From Botryllus schlosseri (Eukaryota): a stretch of DNA of 64,000 nt. The DNA lies in assembly GCA_051294905.1 (NCBI GenBank), contig CM119381.1, positions 17,484,001 through 17,548,000 on the forward strand, in the 5' to 3' direction. Shown in pieces: positions 1 through 13,579 of the stretch (the first letter of the stretch is position 1; the number at the start of each line of letters is the position of its first letter). The translations under genes and the position numbers were made by a program. The notes below the pieces were generated by a model, which made no database searches, was not told the origin of the DNA, and saw only the letters and a program-made list of their open reading frames with translations.

Positions 1-3000
1 GACAAAAATGTTTCGACTCGCCGAAAGTTCCCACGGCAACAATTAATGGCGAACTCACAACATCTGCGTGCACCTTTTAGCAAGCGAACCAAACGATAGA
101 ACGGAATCAATTGGGCGATTGATTGGCGTATTCCGGTCATAACACAACTCGCCAAGACTCATAGATTCCACAAAAAATTGCGAAGCTATGAACAGATTGT
201 ACCTTGCGAGCGGATCACCGTGTCTTGGTCCTGATCCTCCGGTGAATTCGCTAAAAATGAATAAAAGGATTAGAAATTTTGAAACGGCTCCATTACAGCA
301 TGAATGCGTGCAGGTCAACACACAACACAAAACCAGAAAACATTACCAGAAAATATACCAACGCAATCGACAGAAACAGCGCCATTTTGAATGAAAGCCA
401 TAATTTTGCCGAAGGCAGACATATTATAACCATACCCTGCAAAGGCATACGCGATAGAATTTAAACTGTTACGCGTGCAGAGAAAAACCCGGGATAAAGG
501 CAATCACAACTCCAACATCTCATCTACTCCTTGCACGCAGTAGAACCTCTGCTTAGTGCCTATTCTGTCATTCGCTGTTGCACCAACTCTTATGACAGGA
601 TAGTTTAAATCCGCAATTCACCTGAAAAACTTTTCATACACTCACTTATTCAAACTTGGCGATCTGATAGCTCACAGTAAATGGCGCGGGTCTATACGGA
701 ACCAATCGGTGACATTAGAAAGCTTCGTAATCTCCCTCCCAGTTCTGGATATCAATTCCGACCGATTGTGCGTCATAAAAGGCGACGTTTATTGCGTTCT
801 TTCCATTTCTCGCGCGCTACTCATTTGGCATATTCCGAAATCAAAAACACAATGCCGAAATACGCTCAGCAGCACGGGATTTATCGGAAGAAATTTGAAT
901 GATCATTGAACCAGAAAAAGAGAGATAGTAAAAAGCGGACTGCTAACGATTTTTAATTAGGTTGACCATCTATAGAATTAGGAGCCATTACGCGAGAGAA
1001 GAAAGGACCGCGTCGAGAAAAAAAGGAGCAGGAAATATTGATGACAATGTAACTCGGCATTGTGACGTCACTTCACACATAGTCGGATCTTTGGCTCCCG
1101 GAGCAATTGTAATCGAAGCCATCATCTCCAATGTACACAAGACTTGATCGACCGATACGGGCAAGTATTAGTATCTTAAATACGATGAAAGATAGCTCTG
1201 TATTTGATTGACTTATTTGTCGGCTGCATGTCAGTAAACAATAGCGGAACTCGGGCGGTTTTATTGTTTGCGCACCAAGTTCTTGACACAGATCGCCAGA
1301 TTGTCAGTAATGAAAGTTCGGATTCGCATCGCTGCGATAGCGCGTATCTCGAGTCACTAAATCGGTAGGACTTGGGTCAAGTGCTTCTAGCACAATGCAA
1401 AGACCTGACATCGTGCGTATGAGTTTATACAAAAAGTGAGTCAAAGACATAGATATAACCCTGCTTATTTTTACCGAATGATATACGGCGCAATAACTGA
1501 GCAAAGGGTAATGACTGGGAACTCCAAGTCACGCGAGAAAAACCGCTTTGGCCCCGCCAGACCTAGCGATCCAAACATTACATAGCGACGTCATAATCAG
1601 ATAAATCTTTTCCAGCAGTCATCAGAATTGTCCGATCAGAAACGCTTCTTCACGACCAACAATGTATGATCGACCCTTCATTGCGTCATGATTCTAAGCC
1701 CGTTCGTATACACACAATTGCGCGGGTACAGGATCTGTATCGTTTGTCACGGACGAGCATAAATATATACGAGCCGCGGATGGAATCGTATACGCTTGCT
1801 GATTAATGACAACTTCCTGTGTTTCGTAGGCTGGCAGCAACATGCATTCCAGCTTTTACTCGCGAAGTGCGAAAATCGATTCGATTGATGTGTATGTAAT
1901 ACTTCCTCGGTGTATGACATAATCTAGTGACAACCAACCAAAAATAGGTTGCCGATCTTATGTCGTTTGACTTGTAACTTCCTCTACGCGGATCGAAGTC
2001 AAACTCCGGTTGAAGAATTCGAACACCGGTAACTAACAATTGCATGTTTCTCATTGCTAACAGACACGATCCGGATTTTGTGAGTTCAAAAATGTAACCG
2101 TTACATGTTCCACCCAATCGTGCATATCAATTGTCAAATCACTATATTAGCCAGAATTTCAAGTTCTCGGAGAAAGTTACGTGCATTGGATCGGCGTAAA
2201 ACCGCCCTCGCGCGAAAATATTAATAATGTGCACCCGTTGCATTGTATTTATGCAGAGGCATTGCATTTTGCAAAGCCGTAAACACAGGCCGGCCTCTTA
2301 AGGGTATCGGCGTCTATTTATACGACAGATAATAAAATCTTCCGCTGTAATATCCTAACACACACTCAAACAGCCGTCTTACCGAAATTTCCTTTTATTT
2401 TTACTATGCATATGCGCGCAGTCTCATACGGCTATGAATCGTTGGATTTGACATAAACCAACCTTAAGTGGAAAATATAACGTAAACAATACCGGGGACC
2501 GAACGAGACTTGTCATAAGCATATTGAATATTTCATGCGGGTGAGATTGCCTTCCTCTTTGATGCGCCGAAAAGAGCGGCGTAGAATTCGGCATAAATCT
2601 TGTGATATGAAGGATGGAACATCTTTTTCTGGTATTAAATACTGGCTCTCAAAGACGACTGTGTGGGTGATAGAAGAGTGATAAAATCCATTCGAAAAAC
2701 GCGACATCTTGCGACTTCTAATCTTGCATTACAACTTATACGAGAGCGCATGGATGTCATATGAAACAACCATTCGAGTTCAGCACAATCTCTCCTATAG
2801 TCTCGACACACGAATTTAAACCTATTGGTTCCATACTATTTTGTTTCTACTGGAGTAACAACGAATTGCGCATAGCATTGAGATCGAGAGGCAAATATCT
2901 ATAATCGACAGTAAAGGGGTATTCCGAATTTTCAACTTATTAGGAGGTAATATAATTTCCTGCGGTGACAAAAAAACAACAGTTTCATTCAAGAAATGAT

Positions 3001-6000
3001 ATCATTCATCAAATTCGTTGCAAGACTACACCCATACCTCAAGTACCACAACCTTCCGAATCCGAACAACTGTTATTTGCAACTGATGAAATATCAGTAA
3101 AAATTAAGATGCGATGCAGTCTGTGTAGCAACCAGAACAAACATGTATAAACATCGCGAACTAGATTGTCGTCATACCTAGGCGGACGGCAAGTCCCACC
3201 ACGCCCCCGCCTCGTGAATATCCACGATGCAGAGTGTATGATCTACGACTGCCCGTAATATTGGACACCATAGTAAACACGGAGCATCTTCGTTACCGTC
3301 GTTTAATAGCAGGTTATCAATAACCGAATTAACAATTGCAAATATAGAGTTACTACTACGGCTCATTGTGCATTTTGGCTCGCATTGATCGACGACAAAA
3401 GCATATGATATCATTTTGCGTGTGTACGGTATCGCGGCCCGCTTCTTTTATCAACGATTTTTGTGGAAAGAATATGTCGGATGAGATGTATCTTCACTTA
3501 GTGATGGTATCAACTTACCAAAAAGCGAGAATTGAATTCAGAGCTTAATGAAATAACATAACTAGAGCATGGAACAAAAACGGCGGATCGCGTATCATCT
3601 ATCACTGGCAATTAACGGAGATTTTAGTGCTCCCATGGCACTGTTTAAACGAAAACTTACAAATTACTGAGTCCTAAAACATTCCGTTACACGCCAAGCA
3701 TTTTGAGCCCACGAATCTAGAAGTTTAATCATCCGGCATCATTTCCCGGCATTAAATAATGATGTAAAAAAGCGAGAGTTTACGGTCGGGGAACATTTAC
3801 ATCCCATCCCCGAATGTGTAAACAGTTGTTACGGCGGGCAATCGCCGGATAACGATTGTGGGTGCTAGGAATTTTATCCCAGGAGTATAGGATTTCATAC
3901 GTTCGCCGTTCGTAACGGTGGCTGTATTTATTTTCGGACCCCGCCGACAACATGACTTACACTCCCACGAAAATGGTCGGAGAAAATTTAGGCCGATGAT
4001 AATCGGATGATGTTCGTCCCGTGTTCCATAAACGACACGGTTAGTTTTGTCCTGAGTGAAAACTTCCGCTCGCTCGCAAGGTCAAGCAAATAGCTGGCGA
4101 AAGTCGTTTTTCGACTTTGAGCCCTCTCGAAGGGTCGTCGCGGCGTAACCGACCCCGAGCGCTTCGAGTGGCTGCGCTGGTGCGGAATTTCAAATGATTT
4201 TTCGCAGAGTCGTATCAATTTCGGATGTACGCGAGTTATTACGTTAGAATCGCGAACGGGGATTAACGCTCAGCTACCGTTCAATTTTATGACAGCGTGA
4301 TCAACTTCAACGAATCTTAGATCAATTCAGCACAACAATATATCAGCTGGCGTACTAGTGTATCCCCAACCAGCACTCCGTGATAGCAGAAAAGTAACAG
4401 CACCACGAAACATCGGAAGTGAGGATGACAATTTATGCAAATAGAAAAACCGCCATCGCCATTGACAGGACGCTGCGGAACCAATTTTGCAACTAAGCCT
4501 GTAAGGAAACCTTGAGCATATAAATAAGCATTTACTTTTCTATCATTTCGGGTGACGGTGAATATCCCCTGAAGCAGGGAATATACTACAGTAAACTCTT
4601 CGGCAATACAGGAATGCATCTTCGTCGCAAACGCGACACCTATACCCTTTGCGACAGGACACGAGAATTTTGTGGATCACTGAGCATGGAAATCGAATTA
4701 TGATGAGGCTGAATCAACATGTCGAGAAGCAGTGTTGAGTATCAACATTAATGATAGCTGGGCAACTCTCTCATGAGTTGGCAATGCTGTTTTCATCGGC
4801 TTCTGTAACGAAACATAATATCTCGGGGAATCGCCCCCAGACGCGGTGAGTCAAATGGGTAAACAAGAATATATCAGTGAGCGAATTCTCACGATGAAAA
4901 TTGGAATTGTTTCCCATGAAGATAATCCACGCATGGCTGATTTTTCAGTGAGGTCATAAGGCAGGCTGCTAACACGTGTTTGGAAGTGCGCCGTTAAGAA
5001 GAACACGCGCTCGTTAGCTGTATCGTGGAACCGACAACTTGTTCGGTGAACATGAAAATGGGAAATATGCTCTGTCGCGATTTCAAGGGCATATCGCATT
5101 GAAAACACAGCTATTCCGCTGATTGCATCGGATCATGATTTCAAAAGATCACCGCTATCATCTTGGGCAACAGTAACGATAGTCGATATTATAGTGGTAG
5201 TGGTAGTATCAACCGCATAACATAGTATCGTGGAAATCCCATTCGCAACTATGCAACAAGTATTGTCATCTGCCGACCGGCCGGCTCATCGCTCATAACC
5301 TCTTTCTGTCAGATTCGGATGACGGCAGAAACGGGAATGCGACCCTCATTTTACTAATTTGATTCCTAAGTAGCTTTCATCAATTTATGTACAGTTAACG
5401 TGAAAAAGATCCAGTCCCGTGCGTCATTGATGGTGATGAACAACTTACTCGGAAACATTGACGCTAGATAAACCCACTTGATATCCCACCACTCAGTATT
5501 ACCCAACTGTATTGTGGGTTATATGATACAATCATCCAGCTGACAAGTTTTACCTAATTTCGACTTTGCTCATGCATAGTGGCCCCGACGTTATCATCGG
5601 GCATTGAAAAATAATACGCGTGGATAGTGTTATCTTTGATGGCGAGTGGAGGCAGCGGTACCGTATCCGGTTTAATTGACAAAATTTTAGCTTCTGAGAC
5701 TAATGAAGAATTTCAAATCTAATGATGAAATCTGACGCTCGATCACGCCTGTTGCACATCTACACAGAGGCGACCCGCACTTGAAATAGTGTTTATAAAG
5801 GATCTGCAGTCGAACAGAAAAACAGCAAAGGCAGCGAACTATTTCTTCCTTATGATCAAAGTACACTAATCAAAATGTTGTGGGACTATAGAGCGACGCT
5901 AAGTCATGAAAAATAGCTTTATGCAATTGTGCAAATGTGCATGTTTGCATAATATAAGCACTAAGCAGTGACTTGGATAAGCCTACCCCTAAATATATCA

Positions 6001-9000
6001 CATTCATCGAGTGTACTTGATAAATCAATTATAAATGTCAGTAATTTCGGGTAATCTGGAACCTCATAGGTTATGCTGATGGGTGAGTTAGTGTGCCGTT
6101 TCGGTGGAAGATGTGCTGTAAAACAAAGCCGCAAACTATCGTATGCAATGTATTCTCAGGTCGGTGGTGCAATGATGCGACAAGTAAATTAAAAATTAAT
6201 GTACTGCGTTATAATTTTGTCGACAAATCGGCATATTAAACATCTGCTTATATTCGCCATTGTCGCACACAAAGTATATACACGTCTGACCATGATAACC
6301 CGTCGAATTACGATGATATCAAAACGTCGAAGAAAACTGTACAGACAAAGAAAACACAGCAGGTGGAACACCAAACGTATATTAGCGTGTTTCTTCCGAA
6401 AAAATTGATGACAATGTTATACAGATGACGTCTATATCTATACAGATAGACAGATTGGCATGTACTGGAAATCTTGATCGCCACATTTAAATATTTCCCA
6501 TCGTCATGCATGAGAGTGAATACATTAGCGATAATTTACGTTGGATTTCAAGGATCTGATGGTGGTATCAATTTTATTTCGCTGTTTCGAAGGCGATTTT
6601 ATTCCACGTGTTACTGTTACAAACTGGAACAGGCTGAGATAATGAACCGTACATAATGTTTAGCAGTTGCGCGCATTCCATATGGTCTCGAATCGTCCTT
6701 TACACGAAACGGGAACGGTCATCTTTTGGGTCTATAATCAAGGTATTATGCCATAAAATTTGTGAGTCATACTAGGATAATTGAGAACATTGTCATGCTA
6801 GAAAACGCGATTTCTTCGCTCATATGATTAGTGAGCTTCGATTAAAGCGGGCTATAGAATTATTGTGGTTATACGAATATATGAGAAATTATTGGATGCC
6901 ATATGATAAACGTGTAAATAATTGATAAATGTAAAAGGTAACTATAAGTTTTGGCTCCATAGCGATCTTGATATCGAAGTAATCGTCAACGAAACATATC
7001 TTTGACATGAATAGATAATGTTGCACATCGAGACAGCAGCCTTATGCGTTTTAGTTTGACTCTAATGCGCCGGGTTGAGATGCCTGATGGTAACCGTTAC
7101 GATATGAGTCGATATGAGATAAGAAATAACACCAAATTCGCTGTCGCTCAGATAGAATAATTCATTACTATGTGTGAGAAAATATGCTTGGACTTCCTGT
7201 TTTTCAATCAATTAATAATTGACATTCTTAGATATTGTTCAAATAAATCATATCTGAGGTGGGCGTACTCTGTTGGGAGGAGGAAGCCTGAAATATCTCA
7301 AAGTAGGTGAGGTGAACCTATACAGTCGAAATTATTCGTCTCTACTTTTATTCGACTCTTTTATTGCTCTGACCGAATCAATTTTCTTTAGCGAAGTAAC
7401 GCAATAAATCATAGAACAACGCTATTTTAACACGGCGGAAATCATTTCTGAATAGTTTGTTTCCCACATAGGGGATTGCAAATTATTACCCAGACTGATC
7501 TTCGCATGCTGTAGCATCGCGTGAATCGAGCTGTTTGAACCCAGTGCCCATGCTGGTACACTGTTGCTCCTTCATTGGTTAACCATGATAGTTGAGATAT
7601 TCACCTTTGATACGGAGTAACACTTTACCTTAAGAGCAGAGTGGGGATCATGAAACATTTGACTATTTTTCCATTTTGAATGAATAAAAATGAATTACAA
7701 CTTATTGTCTTGGCCGTAGCACCTTTACATATACAGTTATACACGCATTGCACGCGCATTCTATCAAATGAAGTTATAAATAATCTTTCGTTTATATCTC
7801 ATATTATTTCAAATTCGTTACACGCCTCCCGCCCACGGGGGAGACAAATCAAAGTGAATTATAATTTCAGAGTGAATTTAATGCAATAAAATGAATATAA
7901 CGCGATTAATATTTATTCTAATAACGTTAAATATTTCACGGCTTGTTTGTATTCCGATCTCTTGGGCTTCAGCACCCGATTGCGCCATATTTCCGATGTA
8001 TTCCTACATCCGGGGCGTCACGGGCAATTTCGCGCAGTGGTTTGTGCGGTTCCGCGTTCGAAACAGGAGGTGCGCACTGTGCAGCACAACGGATTTGCCG
8101 TTTATGGAGCGACCCACACGACCGATGATCGCATCATATATTTGTAAAAGCTAACAAGACAAGGAATTTATGAAAGCACAAATACTATTTATCGTATGAT
8201 CGAACGGCGATTCTCCAAATGCAAGACGCGAAAATCTCTCCGAATTACAGACTGCGTTGCTTAATTATGCATCGCATGTTGTAGCGCGTTATTTTCGGCA
8301 ATTTAATCACGCACGAGATTCTCAAAACAAGACCCAATTTCGTGTTACCTCTCTGAAGTGGTAGCGGCGTGCGCAACGTTATTATAATATTCCGGAAGCT
8401 TAGAATATATCAAACGTCCAATCGCGAAGGGACATTCACAAGTTGAAATGAATGCCTATCGCGATAAAACGGGAAAAAGGAACCATAACGTTTAATAAAC
8501 GATAAGCAGACGAAAAGACCATGATATAGCCTATTGGCAAATCGAGGAGGGGTTCAGCGCGAAGTTACGGATATATATAATTTCGCGAAAACTCTCGGCA
8601 AAGTTTATGAATACAGATAGCAGCACCATAACCGTACCAATGTCATTCCCGCGATATGACTCCACATCGTGCGCACGCAATAAACGCGACTGCACAGACT
8701 TTTAAGAGGCGTGCCCGGAGTCGTTAGTATTAAAGCTTTTTATTTAATGACGGTTTTTTTACGACAGTCTGGATAATATCACTCTCGCCGTCAGAATTGA
8801 CGCCGGCCGCAACATCAGATCGGTTCGCTAAAGTTACGCAGTATAAGCCAACTAACCGTCAATAACGAATATATGTGCTATTCCGCGGGAGTACAGTTTT
8901 GTAAGGTTGGTGGTTTAGTAGAGACAATTACGGTTAATCTCGCGAAAATTACATAAAACCAAGGCACGGAATTTGAATAGGTGGCGAAACGATATGGATT

Positions 9001-9316
9001 TAAAACCGACCGCGATAAATGTCGGTTGATATGTCACGATCGCGTAAACACAACAAACTAAGATGGGGCGAATGCTTTATTCTGAAAATGATGTCCAACT
9101 TGCAGACACGGATGAAATCGCTGGGGCCACATAACTGTTCTATGCACGGATCGCAACCACAACATTTTTTGACAAAATGACACAAATCCAACTCATAATT
9201 TCTACCAATACGGATATATTGACCTTCATCTCAAATCTTAGTTTTAGCATCCTAGATCGTCGATATATGTATTCCAAACTTTCGAAAACATGTAAAATGC
9301 CGAGATAATAACGTAC
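1..9316 (-). other. Probable first intron (partial, >9.3 kb) of the SALL/BCL11-type gene
   Basis: Begins at the GAG|GTACGT donor at 9316 (minus). I found no in-phase exon with a C2HC/C2H2 zinc finger and no TIR/TSD-bounded element in this span by eye. Confidence 0.6.
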
Positions 9317-9800
9317 CTCCGCTATCCAGCGATTCGTGTCTTCCGTTCCACGCTCGTTGATTAGGCAGCTGGAACGGTCGGCATCGCGAATAGAGCAAAG
9401 TCCGATGAGAAGAGACGAATTGACGGTGGCCTGGCGCTAGCGATTCCGGCGAAAAGTCATTGTTAACGTCGACGCTGGCTCGATGAACCGCCATATGCAA
9501 AGTCTCCGATTCCTCTATACCGGTAGAGGCTTCGGCGTGGCCGTTTTCGAAAGCAGCCAAATCTTTCTCGTTGCCGATCGCGGTTTCTGGATCCTGCTCC
9601 GCGGCAATGTCGCGTGTTTTGTCACTAGCTTCGTCCGAAGCTGTTCTGCGTCCGTCAGTCAAACCGCCGCCCATCGAGTGCGGTTTCTCTACCGTCGTTA
9701 CGGAAGCCACGGTTTCGCCGCTTGCGTCGCCCACAGCTAAAGAACTCGTATTGTCCGGGAACTCAACGTGTTGAGGCTTGGATTGCTTCCTTCTCGACAT
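9317..9800 (-). CDS. First coding exon of a NuRD-recruiting zinc-finger transcription factor (spalt/SALL- or BCL11-like); 161 codons + 1 nt
   Basis: ATG at 9800 starts MSRRKQSKPQHVEF, matching the MSRRKQxKPQH motif of SALL1-4 and BCL11A. It is followed by an acidic Ser/Ala/Glu-rich tract and ends at a phase-1 donor (GAT AGC GGA G|GTACGT). No zinc finger is in the window, so SALL vs BCL11 is unresolved. Confidence 0.8.
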
Positions 9801-9955
9801 CTTCAAGAGAATCGGGCAATAGTCACGATTTTGCCGGCGATTGCCTCGAAGAAACAATGACGAGACTAATGCGATCGAAAAAATGCGCAGGCAAATAGTA
9901 ATAGACCGCTAAATTATTCTATTCTATGGAAATTTCTGCAAGGCGAGGAATATTG

Positions 9956-9990
9956 CTGTTATTGTTACAAGCAAAGAGAAAAAAAGTCCA
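9956..9990 (-). promoter_or_regulatory. Candidate splice acceptor (cis 5'UTR intron or trans-splice site) 155 nt upstream of the TF ATG
   Basis: Minus strand reads ggactttttttctctttgcttgtaacaataacAG|caatatt, with AG at 9957-9956. Confidence 0.35.
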
Positions 9991-11215
9991 CGGGCGAACG
10001 TAAGAGAGAGGAGATAAACGAGCAATCAACAAAATGCGAGAGAAATATCCACTCCATCAACGCAGATGTCACATCTAAACTGCATCATGAGCGAACAGGG
10101 GCGATGCTTACATTGCCGTGGGGTAGGAATGACTACGCATATTGATAAACACCCTATACCAAATAATAAGACATCACCATAAACGGAACCCCGCCGCATG
10201 TCACTTAGCCCTACACTGCAGTTACGTAGGTATTAATACCTTCGTGAATTCCCCTGATTTAACGTCAGTTTCCTAACGTTACACAATATTCACGATGTCG
10301 ATGAGAAGATGATACCATATACTCAGTAGTCCACTGATCTCTAAACTGCAACTGTAAAACGCCTACAATAGTTGAAAACACAACTGCACGTTATTCATAC
10401 CCCATATCGTTGCACAGGCAAACTCGTTGACACCCTCTGCATAACTGCGCGTGATTGTCCTTGCATCAGACTGAAGAAGTAAAACCATCTCTTTCTCTTG
10501 ATTATGATTACCCGACGCGGGAAATGCGATAATAGCATCGAGTATAAAATATATAACGAAGGACCCACCGTCTCGACAAAGAGAGAAGAAGATGCAGCAG
10601 AGGTTAAATGAAAACGGCGGATAAATTATTTCAAAGATTGCGAAAAGGCGCAACACAATGGCGCTGGGTAAAGTTACCGCGGGTCGTGTTCTCACACAAT
10701 CGGTCGGACACTCGAACTTTACTAGACTGCTTGTTGTTAAAAACGAATATAATCATCTAATGAGAAGATATTAAATTCGCACTTCAGCGCGAAATTCTCA
10801 GTCAGTTTTCCAAACACGGTGAAGATTTTTTCACCATTTTCACGCCATTGAAATGAAATTAGGTTGGGTAAGCTATTGATCGCAGGTATTTTCTTGTTAA
10901 TTACGTCATTTTGATCATATAACATTGTGTATGTTCTTCAGACGCTATGTTCTACCATACGTCGCGGGCGGACTAAAGATAAATTGCATGCAAGTAGCTC
11001 ATTTCGGCGTGGCAGAACCTGTACCGCAGACTTACACCACGGTATACATTAAAAACAAATAACAGTTTAATCCAAATCATGCTAGCACGTAGCAATGTAT
11101 GCACGCACAATCGTACAAACGTATAGGATTTTTATAACTGCGATAGAATTATGAGTAGGGATCCGTTGCCGTGTACCACATATGGGGTGTCAATACACAG
11201 GCTTTTCGCTTAGAG

Positions 11216-12072
11216 CAGTGGTACTCAACCTTTTTGTCTTCACGGACCCCTTTCGGAACGTTACGGACCCCGCGGACCCCCACGAAGTTTTACTTCAATT
11301 TCAGCTCAATCATTATGCAATCGTCATCTCTGTCTTGTGCAAATGATCACTGTAGGCATAGTGATAAACAGTAACAAAATGACTTTTCTTGAAAATAAGA
11401 TCATACTATTCATGTAGAACTAGGGTTGACTTCTATTATTTCAAATTTCTGCAACTGCTTTTCTTAAAATATGCGTGGTCGTGTCTGGAAAATTCACGCC
11501 TTCGATTTCATATGAACGAGTGCCAAAAATCCATTTCCACAAATATATGTGATGGCGAATGTAATAATAGCGCATCACGCTTCCGACGACGCATATGGGT
11601 ATAATCGCAGCAAATATGGCACCAAAATTGACAAACAATTTTTTTAATGAATATATAACGTCAAACCTGTTTTTTTTCTCTCTAGCATTCTAGCAGCTTA
11701 TCTTGAAGTTATCATGGAAAATGGTTATGTATATCACTAAAGAAAAACGATTTTTGTAAACATTTCGAAGTCGCCACGATTGACCTATAACCTAACTCAT
11801 CCAACTTTCTTTTCACAATTCCCAACAAAACATTTCTAAACATCAAAAATGTTTGTACCAGTAGGCTATTGGCAATTAAAATGAGTTTGCACAGTGTAGG
11901 ATATTTCATCTCAGGTGGCCATTCTGTTAATGTGAGCTCTGGAGTTTTACCAGTAATGCAGTGAAACTGCCTCGTGATTTTCGGAATTTAAAACAAGATT
12001 AGGTTATCAATTATTTTGAGGCTTCGCGGACCCCTTGAAAATGCTTCGCGGACCCTCGGTTGAGAACCACTG
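11216..12072. mobile_element. Non-autonomous hAT (Charlie-like) element, 857 bp
   Basis: TIRs CAGTGGTACTCAACC / GGTTGAGAACCACTG; perfect 8-bp TSD GCTTAGAG (11208-11215, 12073-12080); subterminal CGGACCCC repeats at both ends. Confidence 0.92.
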
Positions 12073-13399
12073 GCTTAGAGCGTGGAACGCGTAATGGTTC
12101 ATTTCACCTTGAGGAATTAATATTTCATCTCTCGTTAATTATTTGTCTCAGTCCAGTTGAATGTCTATTTCGAAAGGTTGAGGGTCAACATATTGTTTAA
12201 CTATAGACAGCTTACATTTCAAAATGTATCGAAGTGTCTAGCAATGTGAATTTATCCAGCTATTAGTGGTTTCATAAAAGTCTCCTTGGTACAAGGCAAC
12301 CTACACAAGGCGATGTGTAAACACTGAATAGTTTCCCTCTGTCGATAAAGCAAAGTAGATCAGCTCACTAAAATGCTCAACGATTCTTCAATACCAGTCG
12401 AGCCTGTAGGATTGAATTATTACAAATGTGTTACTCATATTCCAGTACTTACTGCACAATGCACAGTGCACACGTATCATGTAGGGTATATACTGAGTAC
12501 ACGTCATAATCGTTCCTGCTTGAATTAACATGTTATATACGCGAACGAACATATACATAATTTTGATCATGACGCATTAGCTTCAAGCGACAGACAAATA
12601 TTGTGTTATCAATACATTTGTGATGTTCGTGCGAAACCGTGTAGCTACCGTCAACAAGTTGGGGGTACAAGTTTCGGGTATGCAACAAGTGGCGCCAAGG
12701 TCGGATGTCATTCTTAACAAAGGTCGAAAACGTAACGCGGCAAGACAGGTGACCCCTGGTTTAATGTTGCAGATATGCGCAGACAACATTGTTGCGTTTT
12801 CAACAGATTCTTTTCCGATACTTTGAATGGCTACTGTGGTGTTCCGAGTATGTTCGGAAGTACCATAGGAAACATGGTCCTTGAAAGCGATTCGGCGGTT
12901 TTAAATCATTCACCTTTTTGGTATAATGTATCGGCGATTTGACGCTGTGGAAGATTCCTTTGCAACTAAGGCTGTATCTCATAATCGACATAATTAGATA
13001 TCAAGCGAAGAAATTAGGCCTTCACAGAAGGAGCGGAAGATTGTTCTATAAATCTCGAGGCATTTAGAAACACTTTATTCCATCGTTAATCACAGGCATT
13101 CCATCATATATATTTAGCCGGGTACAGGTGCTCATGACAAGATATTACAATTTTAGTTTGTATTCACACGAATAAAACGTCAATTATAATTGTCGTGTTG
13201 GAACTGCCTGTCTCGAAGTGGCATGAAGCGCATTTTTATGGACTGACAACTGATAATTATGACATGCGTTTCCTCGTGAATGGATATGTGTACTATGCGT
13301 GTGGTGCACAGTTGCACACATAGTAATCCATATGATCCTTGGTTGACGTCAGTTAAAAATACGTATATACTGCTTCGTTTACACGTTACAAGTAATAGA

Positions 13400-13579
13400 A
13401 GGAGCCATGTCCAAGCAAGTAAAGATAGTATTTCTGAACTAGTTTAGCCTAACAACTGAAAACTGTGAAGTAGACGAAGTAGTCTAAAACCATGGTCACT
13501 TGAGCAAGTAGCGCAAATAAGCAAAACCTACTTGAGTAATCCGAAAAAAGTAGACGTACTTCGTTACCTACCACCTCTG
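13400..13579 (+). mobile_element. Right-end fragment of the CAGAGGTGG hAT family
   Basis: Ends in GTACTTCGTTACCTACCACCTCTG, like the right TIR of 27539-28833, with GAAGTAG/CTTGAGTA subterminal motifs. Left boundary approximate. Confidence 0.6.

Noticed and set aside
3988-4218. ORF with LCEKSF...HQRSH, a possible next zinc-finger exon of the TF
   Set aside because: Only one Cys, wrong C-to-H spacing for C2H2, no suitable acceptor or phase.
9801-9857. N-terminal extension of the 9252-9857 ORF (MFLRGN...)
   Set aside because: Starts at TTG; the NuRD motif works at the extreme N-terminus, so ATG 9800 is the likely start. The ORF tail beyond 9317 is intron read-through.
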